From Patescibacteria group bacterium (GTDB lineage Bacteria; Patescibacteriota; Patescibacteriia; Patescibacteriales; GWC2-42-12): a stretch of 59,090 nt of DNA. The position numbers and the translations under genes were made by a program. The DNA lies in assembly GCA_041662965.1 (NCBI GenBank), contig JBAZRI010000006.1, positions 1 through 59,090 of the forward strand, given 5' to 3'. The notes under the pieces were generated by a model. That model was not told the origin of the DNA. It saw nothing but the letters and a program-made list of their open reading frames with translations, and did no database searches. Of this stretch, positions 46,319 to 56,069 are shown piece by piece (the first letter of the stretch is position 1; each line of letters starts with the position of its first letter).

Positions 46319-46675
46319 TCAAGCCCGGGATGACAGTACAGAACTAAATTTCTGCTTCTGCTTTTTTCTGTCTATTTTTTTATCTTTATACTTTTTTATC
46401 ACTAATTCCAGATGGTCTTTTACTTTATCAATGGCTTTAAACAAATCTTTTTCCGTCTTTTCCACTCTTAGCAAATCGCTGCCCAAGGAAATATTAACTT
46501 CGGCCGAATAGATTTCGCCTTTTAAATGATGGTTAGTGGTTTTACCGATTTCCAGGCGGGCGCTAATAACTTTCAGCTTGCCTAAATATTTATCCAGCAT
46601 ATCCATTTTTTCCTGCGCGTAAGTTTTTAATTCAGGCGTTAACTCCAAATTAGTGGCTTTAATGTTTAGTTGCAT
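46319..46675 (-). CDS. hpf: ribosome hibernation promoting factor / RaiA family
   Basis: MQLNIKATNLELTPELKTYAQEKM...KYL is the classic S30AE/HPF N-terminus. Confidence 0.85.
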   Translation of the reverse strand: MQLNIKATNLELTPELKTYAQEKMDMLDKYLGKLKVISARLEIGKTTNHHLKGEIYSAEVNISLGSDLLRVEKTEKDLFKAIDKVKDHLELVIKKYKDKKIDRKKQKQKFSSVLSSRA

Positions 46676-46686
46676 AAATTGTTATT

Positions 46687-46785
46687 TGTCATCTCGAGCG
46701 TAGCGAGAGATCTATAATAGTTGGTTAATTGTTTGCAACGTGTATTATAGATTTCTCACTTCACTTCGTTGCGTTCGAAATGACA
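46687..46785. repeat. MITE-like palindromic element (tgtcat..cgag family variant)
   Basis: tgtcatctcgagcgtagcgagagatctataata ... tattatagatttctcacttcacttcgttgcgttcgaaatgaca. Confidence 0.6.
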
Positions 46786-46797
46786 ATAAATGAGTTA

Positions 46798-47961
46798 TTA
46801 AAATATTCTTTCCCAAATCCCCTTAAACGCGTCGCCAAATCTGGCTACGTCCCGAAAAGTCACTATCAGCACCAAGAGCATTAGCAGCGCGAAGCCGATA
46901 TTATGGATAGCGCCTTCAACTTCGCTTTTAACCGGCGAGCGCTTTATTTTTTCAATGATTAAAAACAATATTCGGCCGCCGTCCAGCGCGGGAAAAGGAA
47001 AAAAGTTTATGACCGCTAAATTAATTGACAGTAAAGCCGTGAATTGGAGCAAATAAACAAAACCCATCCGCGCGACTTGGCCGGTTAGGGTGGCGATTCC
47101 CACCGGACCGGATAAATCAGCGGTCACGCCATGACCTAAAATTAAACCTTTAATTAGCTCACAAAAAGCTACAATAATCGCCCAAGTTAAAATAAAAGTC
47201 GTTTTAACGCCTTCTAGAATCGCTAAATACCACGGATAGCTAACTATGCCGGTTTCGGTAATGGCGACGCCGATTCCTCCCCTATTCGTCTCCGGCATCA
47301 GCTCGGGAACGATCTTCGCCTCGGTTAAATCCCGGCCGCGTTTTATTTTATAAAATAATGCTTTGCCGATATTAGAATTTACGTAATTCTGCAACTCTTC
47401 ATAATTTAAAAAACTATTGTTATCTATGCTGACGATAGTATCGCCGATTTGCAAGCCGGCTGATTCGGCCGGAGTATTTTTCATGACTTCTACAATTTGG
47501 ATTTTTTTATCGCTGACATTCGCGCGCGCGCTTAGCTGGCCGTCTAAAGACTGGGGCAGGCCGATCATAAAACCGGCGCTGATTAAAACCGCGGCCAAGA
47601 TAATATTCATGGTCACGCCGGCCGACAGCATAAAAGCTCTTTGCCAAATCGGCCGACCGGCGAAACTGTCCGGCTCATTTCCCCCTTCGCCGTTTTCGCC
47701 CTTAATCTTTACAAAGCCGCCGAGCGGCAGCCAATTGATGGAATAAATTGTACCCGGGCAATCGCTCACCTCTTTAGCGCCCCGGATAAATTTCCATTGG
47801 CCCTGGTTATTTTTATAAACTCCGAAAGCTCGGGGCGGAAAGCCAAAACCGAATTCCTCGGCCCGAACGCCGAATTTTCGCGCCATCATAAAATGCCCGA
47901 GCTCATGCGCGAAAACCAGGACAGAGAGAACTATGATGAATGTAATGATAGTTAGAAACAT
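46798..47961 (-). CDS. rseP: site-2 protease RseP (M50 metalloprotease with PDZ domain)
   Basis: HELGHFMMA zinc motif in TM1, central PDZ (GLQIGDTIVSID), C-terminal LDGG. Confidence 0.9.
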   Translation of the reverse strand: MFLTIITFIIVLSVLVFAHELGHFMMARKFGVRAEEFGFGFPPRAFGVYKNNQGQWKFIRGAKEVSDCPGTIYSINWLPLGGFVKIKGENGEGGNEPDSFAGRPIWQRAFMLSAGVTMNIILAAVLISAGFMIGLPQSLDGQLSARANVSDKKIQIVEVMKNTPAESAGLQIGDTIVSIDNNSFLNYEELQNYVNSNIGKALFYKIKRGRDLTEAKIVPELMPETNRGGIGVAITETGIVSYPWYLAILEGVKTTFILTWAIIVAFCELIKGLILGHGVTADLSGPVGIATLTGQVARMGFVYLLQFTALLSINLAVINFFPFPALDGGRILFLIIEKIKRSPVKSEVEGAIHNIGFALLMLLVLIVTFRDVARFGDAFKGIWERIF

Positions 47962-47989
47962 AAAAATTTGAATGCCAATGACAATCAGT

Positions 47990-48544
47990 TTAGATCGTCA
48001 TTATTTCTTCTTCTTTTTTATCTTTAATACTTTTTAAAGCGTCATTTTGCCTGGTGATTTCTTCGTCCAATTCTTTAATAAATCTGAATTTATCATCTTC
48101 ATTCATGGTTTTATCTTTAAACGCTTCTTCAATCATATTCTTAATTTCATCTCTAATTTGCCGTAACGCTATTCTCGCTGTTTCCATTTTTTCGCTCAAT
48201 TTTTTAACCAGCTCTTTGCGATTTTCCTCGGTTAATTGCGGCACCACCAGCCTGATTTTATCGCCTTCATTAACCGGATTTACGCCCAAATTAGCGGCTG
48301 TCAGAGCTTTTTCAATATCTTTGGCAATGGTTTTATCCCAGGGCGTAATAACGATACTGCGCGCTTCGGGTACGCTGATTGAAGCCAGGCCGACTAAAGC
48401 GGTTTTCGTGCCGTAGGCATCAACATAAACGTTGTCCAGCATAGCCGGATTAGCCCGTCCGGTCCTTAGGCTTGAGATGTCTTTCTTAAAAAAATCAATG
48501 GCTTTAATAAAATCAGCTTGCTTGGTTTGAATGTATTGATTCAT
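47990..48544 (-). CDS. frr: ribosome recycling factor
   Basis: 184 aa; RTGRANPAMLD and LGVNP motifs. Confidence 0.93.
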   Translation of the reverse strand: MNQYIQTKQADFIKAIDFFKKDISSLRTGRANPAMLDNVYVDAYGTKTALVGLASISVPEARSIVITPWDKTIAKDIEKALTAANLGVNPVNEGDKIRLVVPQLTEENRKELVKKLSEKMETARIALRQIRDEIKNMIEEAFKDKTMNEDDKFRFIKELDEEITRQNDALKSIKDKKEEEIMTI

Positions 48545-48568
48545 AAAATATCATTAAATATCATTTAA

Positions 48569-49648
48569 TTATTTCTTAATCTGTCTGGCCGCCAAATACA
48601 GGATAGCAGGATTTTTCGGATCTAACAACAATTTAAAGCCGACGCGGCTGGTTGGCAATTTTTTTGACGACCAATTTTTTCCTCCGTCCGACGAACGATA
48701 AAAAGTCGTGCCGGTCGCGTAATATATCTGGTCAACGTCGCTAGGATCAACGGCGACAGAGTATATTTTAGCTTCTTCTTCTTCGGTTAAAAGCTCAATT
48801 TTTGACCAAGTGTCGCCGTCATCGGTTGATTTTAATAAGCCATAATCAGTGGCTAAAAATATGTTTGCTTTTTCCGACTTTACTATGATTAAATCGCGAA
48901 AACGATTGCTGCCGTCAAAATCTTTTAATTTATCGGCCATTTTTTCCCATTTATCGCCGCCGTTAACCGAGCGAAAAATACCTTTAGTCGCCGTACCGGC
49001 GAACATGACTTTCGAGCTAACCGGGCTAATGACAATTTTATCAACCCGGCTGTTAACCCTGTCTAAAGCGCGCCAGCTAGCTCCTTTATCCGAGCTTCTA
49101 ATAATATCGCCGTTAGAAGTTCCGATAAAAATATTATTGCTGCTCGCATGATCAATCACCAGCGAGCTTATAATCGCTTGCAAATCATTATCAAAATAAA
49201 CTTGCGCCCAAGTGCGGCTGCAATCTTCAGATTTAAAAACTTTATTGGCCGCTGTGGCATAAATAATACACTTATTCGCCGGATCAACCGCGACGCTAAT
49301 TATGCTTACCTTGCCTAACCCGGCGGCAATCTGCCAGCCAAGAGCGCCGTCATAGCTATAGAACAAGCCATTTTCAAAACTGCCGGCATAAATAGCTTTA
49401 TTATCGCTCGGATCAAGGCTTAAAGAGATAATGTCAACGCCGGCAAAACTTCTCTTAGCATTAACGCCCTGGATTGAGGATAGTTGCGCCCAAGTCGCTC
49501 CCTTATTTAAAGATTTAAAAACTCCGCCGTCATTAAGGCCGCCTGTGCTTGAGCTTGAGCCGGTATTAAGGCTTAATGAACAGCCGGCCAGCATAAGCGC
49601 GGTTAACGGCAGTAATAACCCAACTTTTAAAAATTTATTTTTTAGCAT
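48569..49648 (-). CDS. BNR/Asp-box repeat beta-propeller lipoprotein
   Basis: Lipobox LMLAGCS. Six SxDxGxTW-like Asp-boxes (SLNKGATW, SEDCSRTW, SSDKGASW, SVNGGDKW, STDDGDTW, SSDGGKNW). Confidence 0.75.
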   Translation of the reverse strand: MLKNKFLKVGLLLPLTALMLAGCSLSLNTGSSSSTGGLNDGGVFKSLNKGATWAQLSSIQGVNAKRSFAGVDIISLSLDPSDNKAIYAGSFENGLFYSYDGALGWQIAAGLGKVSIISVAVDPANKCIIYATAANKVFKSEDCSRTWAQVYFDNDLQAIISSLVIDHASSNNIFIGTSNGDIIRSSDKGASWRALDRVNSRVDKIVISPVSSKVMFAGTATKGIFRSVNGGDKWEKMADKLKDFDGSNRFRDLIIVKSEKANIFLATDYGLLKSTDDGDTWSKIELLTEEEEAKIYSVAVDPSDVDQIYYATGTTFYRSSDGGKNWSSKKLPTSRVGFKLLLDPKNPAILYLAARQIKK

Positions 49649-49672
49649 ATATTTTAGTTAATTTTTTAAATT

Positions 49673-50692
49673 TTAAAAGCTTACCGCCACGCTTTCCAGC
49701 GCCAGCCGAGGATTAACGTTGGCCGCCAAATATTCCCGGCTCTGCTTTAAAACATTTATTAAATTTAACAGCGTTTTTAGGCTAAGCTTATTTTTTACCG
49801 CTTCCAGCTCTTTAGCAAACGCTTCATGCTGGATTAAATCGCTTAAATTCAATTCCATAAGCATTAAATCTCTGGCTAAATTCTGCCAAATATCAATAAT
49901 CCCGGCCGCCGATTTAACCGCTTCCTGGCCACGCGCGTCTTTCCCTAAAATATTTTCAATAGCGCTAAAACGCTCGTTGATATCAGGGCTTAAAAAGCCG
50001 GCGAAAGACTTAACGTAAGATTTGTAGCTTTCGCAGTATTCTTTGTCTTCTATAAATTTTAAGGCCAGCGCCGGCCGGCCGGCCGACAAGCGGGAAAAAT
50101 TCTTAGCCTGGCTCCTTGAAGCTTGATGGTTTTTAATCAAATCATCGTAAATATCGTCGCTTTTAACCGGCAAAAAATTTAAAATTTGGCTGCGCGATAT
50201 TATGGTTTTGGGCAAAGATTCAAGGTCGGTAACGGTTAAAATTATCACCACTTTAATTTTCGGCTCTTCCAAAGTTTTTAACAAGGCGCTAACCGCCCCT
50301 TCGCTTAAATTTTCCGCGCCCTTGATAATGCCGACTTTATAGGAATTTAAAAACGAGCTCATGCTTAAATTTCTGATAAAATCCCTGACTTGCTCAATGG
50401 AAATATTTTTTTTATCTTCCTCTCTTTTAATTAAATAAATATCGCTATGGATATTTTTAACCGCTTCTAAACAGGCCGGGCATTTGCCGCAAGGCGAAAT
50501 TAATTTATCTTTAGCTTCGCAAACCAGGCTGCGCGCGAAAAAATGCGCGGCCGTGGTTTTGCCCAAATTAGCCGGACCGGTAAAGATATAGCTGCCGGAA
50601 ATATTTTTTTTAGCCAAACTTTTAGATAAAAACTCAAAAATATGGCCATTGCCGACTAAAGGCCAGTTTGATTTAGCGGCTTCAGTTTTCAT
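49673..50692 (-). CDS. holB: DNA polymerase III delta-prime subunit
   Basis: GSYIFTGPANLGKTT P-loop and CGKCPAC zinc module. Start set to ATG 50692 because a TTGACT-17-TATAAT promoter ends 6 nt upstream; the track start is a TTG inside that promoter. Confidence 0.85.
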   Translation of the reverse strand: MKTEAAKSNWPLVGNGHIFEFLSKSLAKKNISGSYIFTGPANLGKTTAAHFFARSLVCEAKDKLISPCGKCPACLEAVKNIHSDIYLIKREEDKKNISIEQVRDFIRNLSMSSFLNSYKVGIIKGAENLSEGAVSALLKTLEEPKIKVVIILTVTDLESLPKTIISRSQILNFLPVKSDDIYDDLIKNHQASRSQAKNFSRLSAGRPALALKFIEDKEYCESYKSYVKSFAGFLSPDINERFSAIENILGKDARGQEAVKSAAGIIDIWQNLARDLMLMELNLSDLIQHEAFAKELEAVKNKLSLKTLLNLINVLKQSREYLAANVNPRLALESVAVSF

Positions 50693-50727
50693 GAAATAAT
50701 TATAACTTTTTATGGCAGACAAGTCAA
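50693..50727 (-). promoter_or_regulatory. promoter of leaderless holB
   Basis: Minus strand: TTGACT (50727-50722), 17 nt, TATAAT (50704-50699), tatttc, ATG. Confidence 0.6.
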
Positions 50728-50745
50728 AAAATATTAATTTCGCTT

Positions 50746-50778
50746 AGACGTCCGACGTCCCGGGGACGTCGGACGTCT
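50746..50778. promoter_or_regulatory. 33-bp perfect palindrome between divergent promoters (operator candidate)
   Basis: agacgtccgacgtccc-g-gggacgtcggacgtct; the half-site agacgtccgacgtcc recurs at 52179-52193. Confidence 0.5.
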
Positions 50779-50786
50779 TTTCTTGG

Positions 50787-50822
50787 TTGACTTTTACGGC
50801 CGAATATTAGTATAATAATCCC
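50787..50822 (+). promoter_or_regulatory. promoter of the leaderless priming glycosyltransferase gene
   Basis: TTGACT (50787-50792), 18 nt, TATAAT (50811-50816), aatccc, ATG at 50823. Confidence 0.6.
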
Positions 50823-52172
50823 ATGAATAATAAACTTAAAAAACTAGTTTTGCTCGGCGGGGACATAGCCGTCCTCTATTTTTCCTTGTATTTGACTTTA
50901 GTAATCAGATATTTAAGCGACTACCAAGCTAAAACCTGGGCGGCGCATTTCTGGCCGTTCACGGCTATTTTTATTTTATGGCTGATCATTTTTTATATCT
51001 CTAATCTATATAACCTGAATTTAGCCGTAAACAATATAAAATTTTACCAATCAAGCGGACGCGCCCTGATTATCGCCGGCCTGGCCTCGCTTACTTTCTT
51101 TTATTTAATGCCGCGAATCGGCATCGCGCCGAAAACCAATTTATTCATATATATCATAGTTTTCGCGGTTATTTTTTATCTTTGGCGCCAATTCTATAAT
51201 TATTCGCTAAAATCATACCTGCCTAAAAGAAATATCGGCATCGTCGGCTATAATAATTTAGTGGCGGAAATTATCAACGAGTTCAGGCAAAAGCCCCATC
51301 TAGGCTATAATCTAAGCTTTATAGTTGACGACAGCGGCGAAAAGCAGGCGGCCGGCATCAGACCGATTACCGACTTGGAAGTATTGCTGGCTGAAAATAA
51401 ATTGGATACGGTTATTTTATCTTCCGACCCGCACCGGTCGGAAAATCTGCGCGCTGTTTTATTCAATTCGCTTTACCGCCGGATAAATTATGTCAGCCTG
51501 CCTAATTTCTACGAAGCCATAACCGGCAAGGTCCCGCTGGATTCGGTTAACCAAATGTGGTTTTTAGAAAACTTAAGCGAAAGCAATAAAATCTGGTTTA
51601 ACCGCCTAAAAATAATTTATGATTTCATTATCGCTCTGGCGATTTTTATTATTACTCTGCCCTTCTGGATTATTATCGCCGTAATAATTAAACTAGAGAG
51701 TCCCGGACCGATATTTTTTATTATGAACCGGGCCGGACAAAATAATAAAGTATTCAAGTTGATAAAATTCAGAACCATGAGAGAAAAAAATAATGATTAC
51801 GCGCCGACCCGAGCGAACGATCCCCGCATAACTAAGTTCGGCGGATTTCTAAGAAAAACCAGGCTTGATGAATTGCCCCAAGTTATTAATATACTGAAAG
51901 GCGAAATGAGCTTCGTCGGGCCCCGCCCGGAGCGGCCGGAGCTGATCCTTGAGCTTGAAAAGCAAATCCCCTTCTATGGCCAAAGAACTTTAGTCAAGCC
52001 CGGCCTGACCGGCTCGGACCAGATTTCCGGCGAATATCATTCGCCGTCGCGCGAAGACAGCTTAAAAAAATTGCAATACGATCTCTTCTATATAAAAAAC
52101 CGATCTTTATTTTTAGACCTGTCCATTATTTTAAAAACCGTCGCCACGGTAATTTCCAGAGGCGGCATGTAA
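50823..52172 (+). CDS. polyprenyl-phosphate hexose-1-phosphate transferase (WbaP/PglC-type sugar transferase)
   Basis: N-terminal TM bundle, C-terminal Bac_transf motifs PGPIFF...KFRTM...DELPQ...GEMSFVGPRP. Confidence 0.85.
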   Translation: MNNKLKKLVLLGGDIAVLYFSLYLTLVIRYLSDYQAKTWAAHFWPFTAIFILWLIIFYISNLYNLNLAVNNIKFYQSSGRALIIAGLASLTFFYLMPRIGIAPKTNLFIYIIVFAVIFYLWRQFYNYSLKSYLPKRNIGIVGYNNLVAEIINEFRQKPHLGYNLSFIVDDSGEKQAAGIRPITDLEVLLAENKLDTVILSSDPHRSENLRAVLFNSLYRRINYVSLPNFYEAITGKVPLDSVNQMWFLENLSESNKIWFNRLKIIYDFIIALAIFIITLPFWIIIAVIIKLESPGPIFFIMNRAGQNNKVFKLIKFRTMREKNNDYAPTRANDPRITKFGGFLRKTRLDELPQVINILKGEMSFVGPRPERPELILELEKQIPFYGQRTLVKPGLTGSDQISGEYHSPSREDSLKKLQYDLFYIKNRSLFLDLSIILKTVATVISRGGM

Positions 52173-52178
52173 ACCACA

Positions 52179-52248
52179 AGACGTCCGACGTCCTATAAAT
52201 ACTTTGACCCGTTTTGACACCTTTTGACCTCTTTGCTATACTAATCCC
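52179..52248 (+). promoter_or_regulatory. operator half-site, phased TTTGAC repeats and promoter of the leaderless HTH gene
   Basis: agacgtccgacgtcc (52179-52193); three tttgac(c/a)c words about 10 nt apart. TTGACA (52214-52219), 17 nt, TATACT (52237-52242), aatccc, ATG at 52249. Confidence 0.55.
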
Positions 52249-52497
52249 ATGCCTACGCAAATTGACCCAAACACAATCTATACTACGGCGGAAACGCAAA
52301 AACTGCTAAAAATCAGCAACAGCACTATTAAGCGCATGCTTAAAAACGGCTTGATTAAAGCTAACAAGGTTGGCGGGCAATATAGAATACTGGGCAAAGA
52401 AATCCTGCGCCTGGTTTCTCCGGAGGTGGAAAAAAAAGCCATAAAATCATATTTAAATATAAAGCAAAAAGTCGTAAATACTATAAATAAATGGTAA
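52249..52497 (+). CDS. excisionase/MerR-superfamily helix-turn-helix DNA-binding protein
   Basis: 82 aa; YTTAETQKLLKISNSTIKRMLKNGLIKANKVGGQYRI matches the HTH_17-type excisionase-family domain. Confidence 0.65.
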   Translation: MPTQIDPNTIYTTAETQKLLKISNSTIKRMLKNGLIKANKVGGQYRILGKEILRLVSPEVEKKAIKSYLNIKQKVVNTINKW

Positions 52498-52527
52498 AGC
52501 GTGATTAAGCTCGCGCTTTTTTATTTT

Positions 52528-53571
52528 ATGAGCACAAAAAAAGCATTAATCACCGGCATAACCGGCCAAGACGGCAGCTATCTGGCAGAGCTGCTTTTAG
52601 AAAAAGGCTATGAAGTGCATGGCATAATCAGACGCGCCAGCACTTTTAACACCGAAAGGATTGACCACTTATATAAAGACCCGCATATTAACGGCGTGCA
52701 CCTTTTTCTGCATTACGGCGATTTATCCGACGGCAGTAACTTAAACCGCATTTTAGAAAAAATCAGCCCGGATGAAATTTATCATCTAGGAGCGCAAAGC
52801 CATGTCCGGGTAAGCTTTGACCTGCCGGAATATACGGGCGATATCAGCGGACTGGGAACGGTAAGGCTGTTAGATGCCATCAGAGATACTGAAATAAAAA
52901 CTAAATTTTACCAAGCCTCGTCAAGCGAGATGTTCGGCTTAGTTGATAAACTGCCGATTACCGAAGCCACGCCCTTCCATCCCCGCTCGCCTTACGCCTG
53001 CGCCAAAGTTTACGCTTATTGGATAACTAAAAATTACCGCGAAGCTTATAATTTATACGCCACCAACGGCATCTTATTCAACCACGAAAGCCCGCGCCGC
53101 GGCGAAACTTTCGTCACCAGAAAAATTACTCGCGGCCTGGCCAGGATTAAATTAGGTTTGGATGAAAAATTATTCCTCGGCAATTTAGACGCTAAGCGCG
53201 ATTGGGGCTATGCCAAAGATTTTGTCTATGGCATGTGGCTAATGCTCCAGCAAGACAAACCGGATGATTATATTTTAGCCACTAACGAAACTCATGATGT
53301 TAAAGAGTTCGTAAATAAAACCGCTGAAACTTTAGGCATGGAAATCACCTGGCAGGGCCAAGGGTTAGAAGAAATTGGCGTAGACAAAAAAACCGGCAAA
53401 ACAATTATTGAAATAGACCCGAAATATTTCCGGCCGTCCGAAGTGCCGATACTGCTCGGCGACTATGCCAAAGCCAAAACTGAACTCGGCTGGGAGCCGA
53501 AAGTTAAATTCACGGAACTGGTAAAAATCATGGCCGAAGCGGATTTTGAAAAAGAGAAAGCAAAACTATAA
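52528..53571 (+). CDS. gmd: GDP-mannose 4,6-dehydratase
   Basis: Start set to [32 protein letters not shown]; [10 protein letters not shown] (YxxxK); NHESPRRG. Confidence 0.92.
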   Translation: MSTKKALITGITGQDGSYLAELLLEKGYEVHGIIRRASTFNTERIDHLYKDPHINGVHLFLHYGDLSDGSNLNRILEKISPDEIYHLGAQSHVRVSFDLPEYTGDISGLGTVRLLDAIRDTEIKTKFYQASSSEMFGLVDKLPITEATPFHPRSPYACAKVYAYWITKNYREAYNLYATNGILFNHESPRRGETFVTRKITRGLARIKLGLDEKLFLGNLDAKRDWGYAKDFVYGMWLMLQQDKPDDYILATNETHDVKEFVNKTAETLGMEITWQGQGLEEIGVDKKTGKTIIEIDPKYFRPSEVPILLGDYAKAKTELGWEPKVKFTELVKIMAEADFEKEKAKL

Positions 53572-53804
53572 ATAGACTTGCCATTCCCGCCCTCTTGTCA
53601 TTCATGCGAAGGCTAAAGGACGGGAACTTCAAAAAATTCCAACTGTTAATAAATCCTTAATAGTTCAAAAAGAGGGAGAAAGAAGCATAAAACGCGAAAT
53701 AGTATTTTATAATTTAGATATTAGCTAATATTTGACAAATTATTAATAATTATATATATTAGTAATATAAGAAATACAATAATTTATATATTGATAATAT
53801 AAAT

Positions 53805-55046
53805 ATGCTAGAAAAAAGCAAAATTGAAGAAGTTTTTATTGACCAATTCAGCCAATTCAAAAACAAAAATAGCGGCATGGAAAGAATGGTTAATATTAAA
53901 AAATATCTAGCTACCGAGCAAGTCGTGGTTATTTCCGGAATTAGGCGCTGCGGTAAATCCACGCTTTTAAAGCAATTCGCCGATCATTTAAATAATTTTT
54001 ATTACATAAACTTCGACGATGAGCGCCTGATAAATTTTACCGTTGATAATTTTAATGATTTGCTGGCTGTCTGGCAAAAAAACTTCAAATCAACGAACAT
54101 TCTTATTGATGAAATTCAGAATATAAAAAGCTGGGAGCGATTTATCAGGCGGATTCATGATGAGGGCTATAAAATTTTTATTACCGGCTCAAATTCAAAG
54201 CTTTTGTCGTCAGAGCTATCCACCCATCTAACCGGCAGATATAAAAAACTGGAACTCTACCCCTTTTCTTTCGTTGAGTTTATTAAATTCAAAAACATCC
54301 CGGCTCAAGCGAAAACAACGGAGGAAAAAGCCGTGTTAAGCAAATTTTTCAGCGAATACCTATCACGCGGCGGCTTTCCTGAATATATAAAAAATAAAGA
54401 TACGGAAACCGTCAAAAGAATTTATGAAGACGTAATCTATAAGGACATAATCGCCAGATTCGGCATCCGTGAAATCAAATCGTTCCGACTTTTGGCCAAT
54501 TGGCTTTTTACTAATTTTACCAAAGAAGCAAGCTATAATTCCCTGGCAAAAATACTGGGAATAAAAACAGCCGCCACGGTTAGCGAATACGTCTCGTTCC
54601 TGCAAGAAGCCTATTTACTGTTTGAATTGTACAAATATGATTATTCCTTAAAAAAACAATACACTTCAAACAAAAAAATATATGTAATAGACAATGGCCT
54701 GCGCAACGAAATCGCTTTTTCCGTTTCGGAAGACCGCGGACGGCTTTTAGAAAACATCGTTTTTATTGAACTAAAAAGAAGGGGGCAGGAGGCATATTTT
54801 TTCCGAGGGAAAAAAGAATGCGATTTCATCCTATTGGAAAAAAATAAAATAAAACAAGCCCTGCAAGTATCTCTCGATTTTAATGGCAACAATAAAAAAC
54901 GGGAGATGGACGGACTGCTTGAAGCAATGATAAAATTTGATTTGCCGTCAGGCGTGATTTTGACGGAAGACCAAGAAGAAGAAATAAAAATAAGCGGAAA
55001 AAAAATAAAAATACAGCCAGTCTATCGCTGGTTGGTTGAAAATTAA
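53805..55046 (+). CDS. AAA+ ATPase of the AAA_14/DUF4143 type
   Basis: Walker A GIRRCGKST, Walker B ILIDEIQ, C-terminal DUF4143-like region. Gene and flanks look visibly more AT-rich than the neighbours (by eye, not counted). Confidence 0.65.
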   Translation: MLEKSKIEEVFIDQFSQFKNKNSGMERMVNIKKYLATEQVVVISGIRRCGKSTLLKQFADHLNNFYYINFDDERLINFTVDNFNDLLAVWQKNFKSTNILIDEIQNIKSWERFIRRIHDEGYKIFITGSNSKLLSSELSTHLTGRYKKLELYPFSFVEFIKFKNIPAQAKTTEEKAVLSKFFSEYLSRGGFPEYIKNKDTETVKRIYEDVIYKDIIARFGIREIKSFRLLANWLFTNFTKEASYNSLAKILGIKTAATVSEYVSFLQEAYLLFELYKYDYSLKKQYTSNKKIYVIDNGLRNEIAFSVSEDRGRLLENIVFIELKRRGQEAYFFRGKKECDFILLEKNKIKQALQVSLDFNGNNKKREMDGLLEAMIKFDLPSGVILTEDQEEEIKISGKKIKIQPVYRWLVEN

Positions 55047-55139
55047 TTATGCATCTTTAATTATTCACAGCATTCTGATTGATTCGGATGAGCCGTATTC
55101 GTAGCGCGGCGTCTAATTAATTTATTCGGATTTAATTAT

Positions 55140-56069
55140 ATGAATAAAAACTCTAAAATTTATTTAGCCGGCCATCAGGGTTTAGTCGGCTCGGCGATTT
55201 TAAGAAAACTCTCCGCCGAAGGATTCACTAATCTGATTTTAAAAACTCGCGAGCAGGTTGACTTATTTGATCAGCGGGCTACGGAAAAATTTATGGCCGA
55301 GGCTAAGCCCGAATATGTAATTTTAGCCGCGGCCAGAGTCGGCGGCATCGGCGCCAACGTAAATTACGGAGCGGATTTTTTATACGAAAATCTGCTGATT
55401 CAAAATAACGTTATCTGGTCGGCGCTCAAAAGCGATGTAAAAAAACTTTTATTCCTCGGCTCTTCCTGCATTTACCCGCGCCAAGCCAAGCAGCCGATGA
55501 AAGAAGAATATCTCTTAGACGGCAAGCCGGAGCCGACTAACGAAGGCTACGCTTTAGCTAAAATCGCCGGCATGAAATTATGCGAAAAAATATTTGAACA
55601 ATACGGCCGCTGCTTTATCTCCTGCATGCCTACCAATATGTACGGCCCAAATGATAATTTTGATCTAGCCACCTCCCATGTCATTCCGGCCCTGCTTCGG
55701 CGCCTGCATGAGGCTAAATTGCGAAACGAGGCGCAGGTGCAAATTTGGGGCTCGGGCAAAGTCAGGCGGGAATTTTTATACGTTGACGACTTGGCGGAAG
55801 CGGTAATTTGGCTGATGCAAAACTATAATGAAAAGCAATTTCTAAACGTTGGCACCGGCCAAGATATTGCTATCAGCGAATTAGCCGAACTGATAAAAAA
55901 AATCGTTGGCTACCAAGGCGAATTGGCGTATAACACTAATAACCCGGACGGTATGCCGCAAAAACTTTTAGATGTTGAGAGAATTAATAAATTGGGCTGG
56001 AGCCATAAAATAGATTTAGAGCAGGGGCTAAAGCTGGCTTACGGCTGGTATTTAAAAAATAAAGTATGA
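55140..56069 (+). CDS. fcl: GDP-L-fucose synthase
   Basis: IYLAGHQGLVGSAILRKL, YALAKIAG (YxxxK), length 309 aa, pathway partner of gmd. Confidence 0.9.
   Translation: MNKNSKIYLAGHQGLVGSAILRKLSAEGFTNLILKTREQVDLFDQRATEKFMAEAKPEYVILAAARVGGIGANVNYGADFLYENLLIQNNVIWSALKSDVKKLLFLGSSCIYPRQAKQPMKEEYLLDGKPEPTNEGYALAKIAGMKLCEKIFEQYGRCFISCMPTNMYGPNDNFDLATSHVIPALLRRLHEAKLRNEAQVQIWGSGKVRREFLYVDDLAEAVIWLMQNYNEKQFLNVGTGQDIAISELAELIKKIVGYQGELAYNTNNPDGMPQKLLDVERINKLGWSHKIDLEQGLKLAYGWYLKNKV

Noticed and set aside
50693-50722. TTG start for holB given by the ORF track.
   Set aside because: The TTG lies inside the -35 box (TTGACT) of a perfect promoter whose -10 box ends 6 nt before ATG 50692. The leaderless ATG is the more plausible start.
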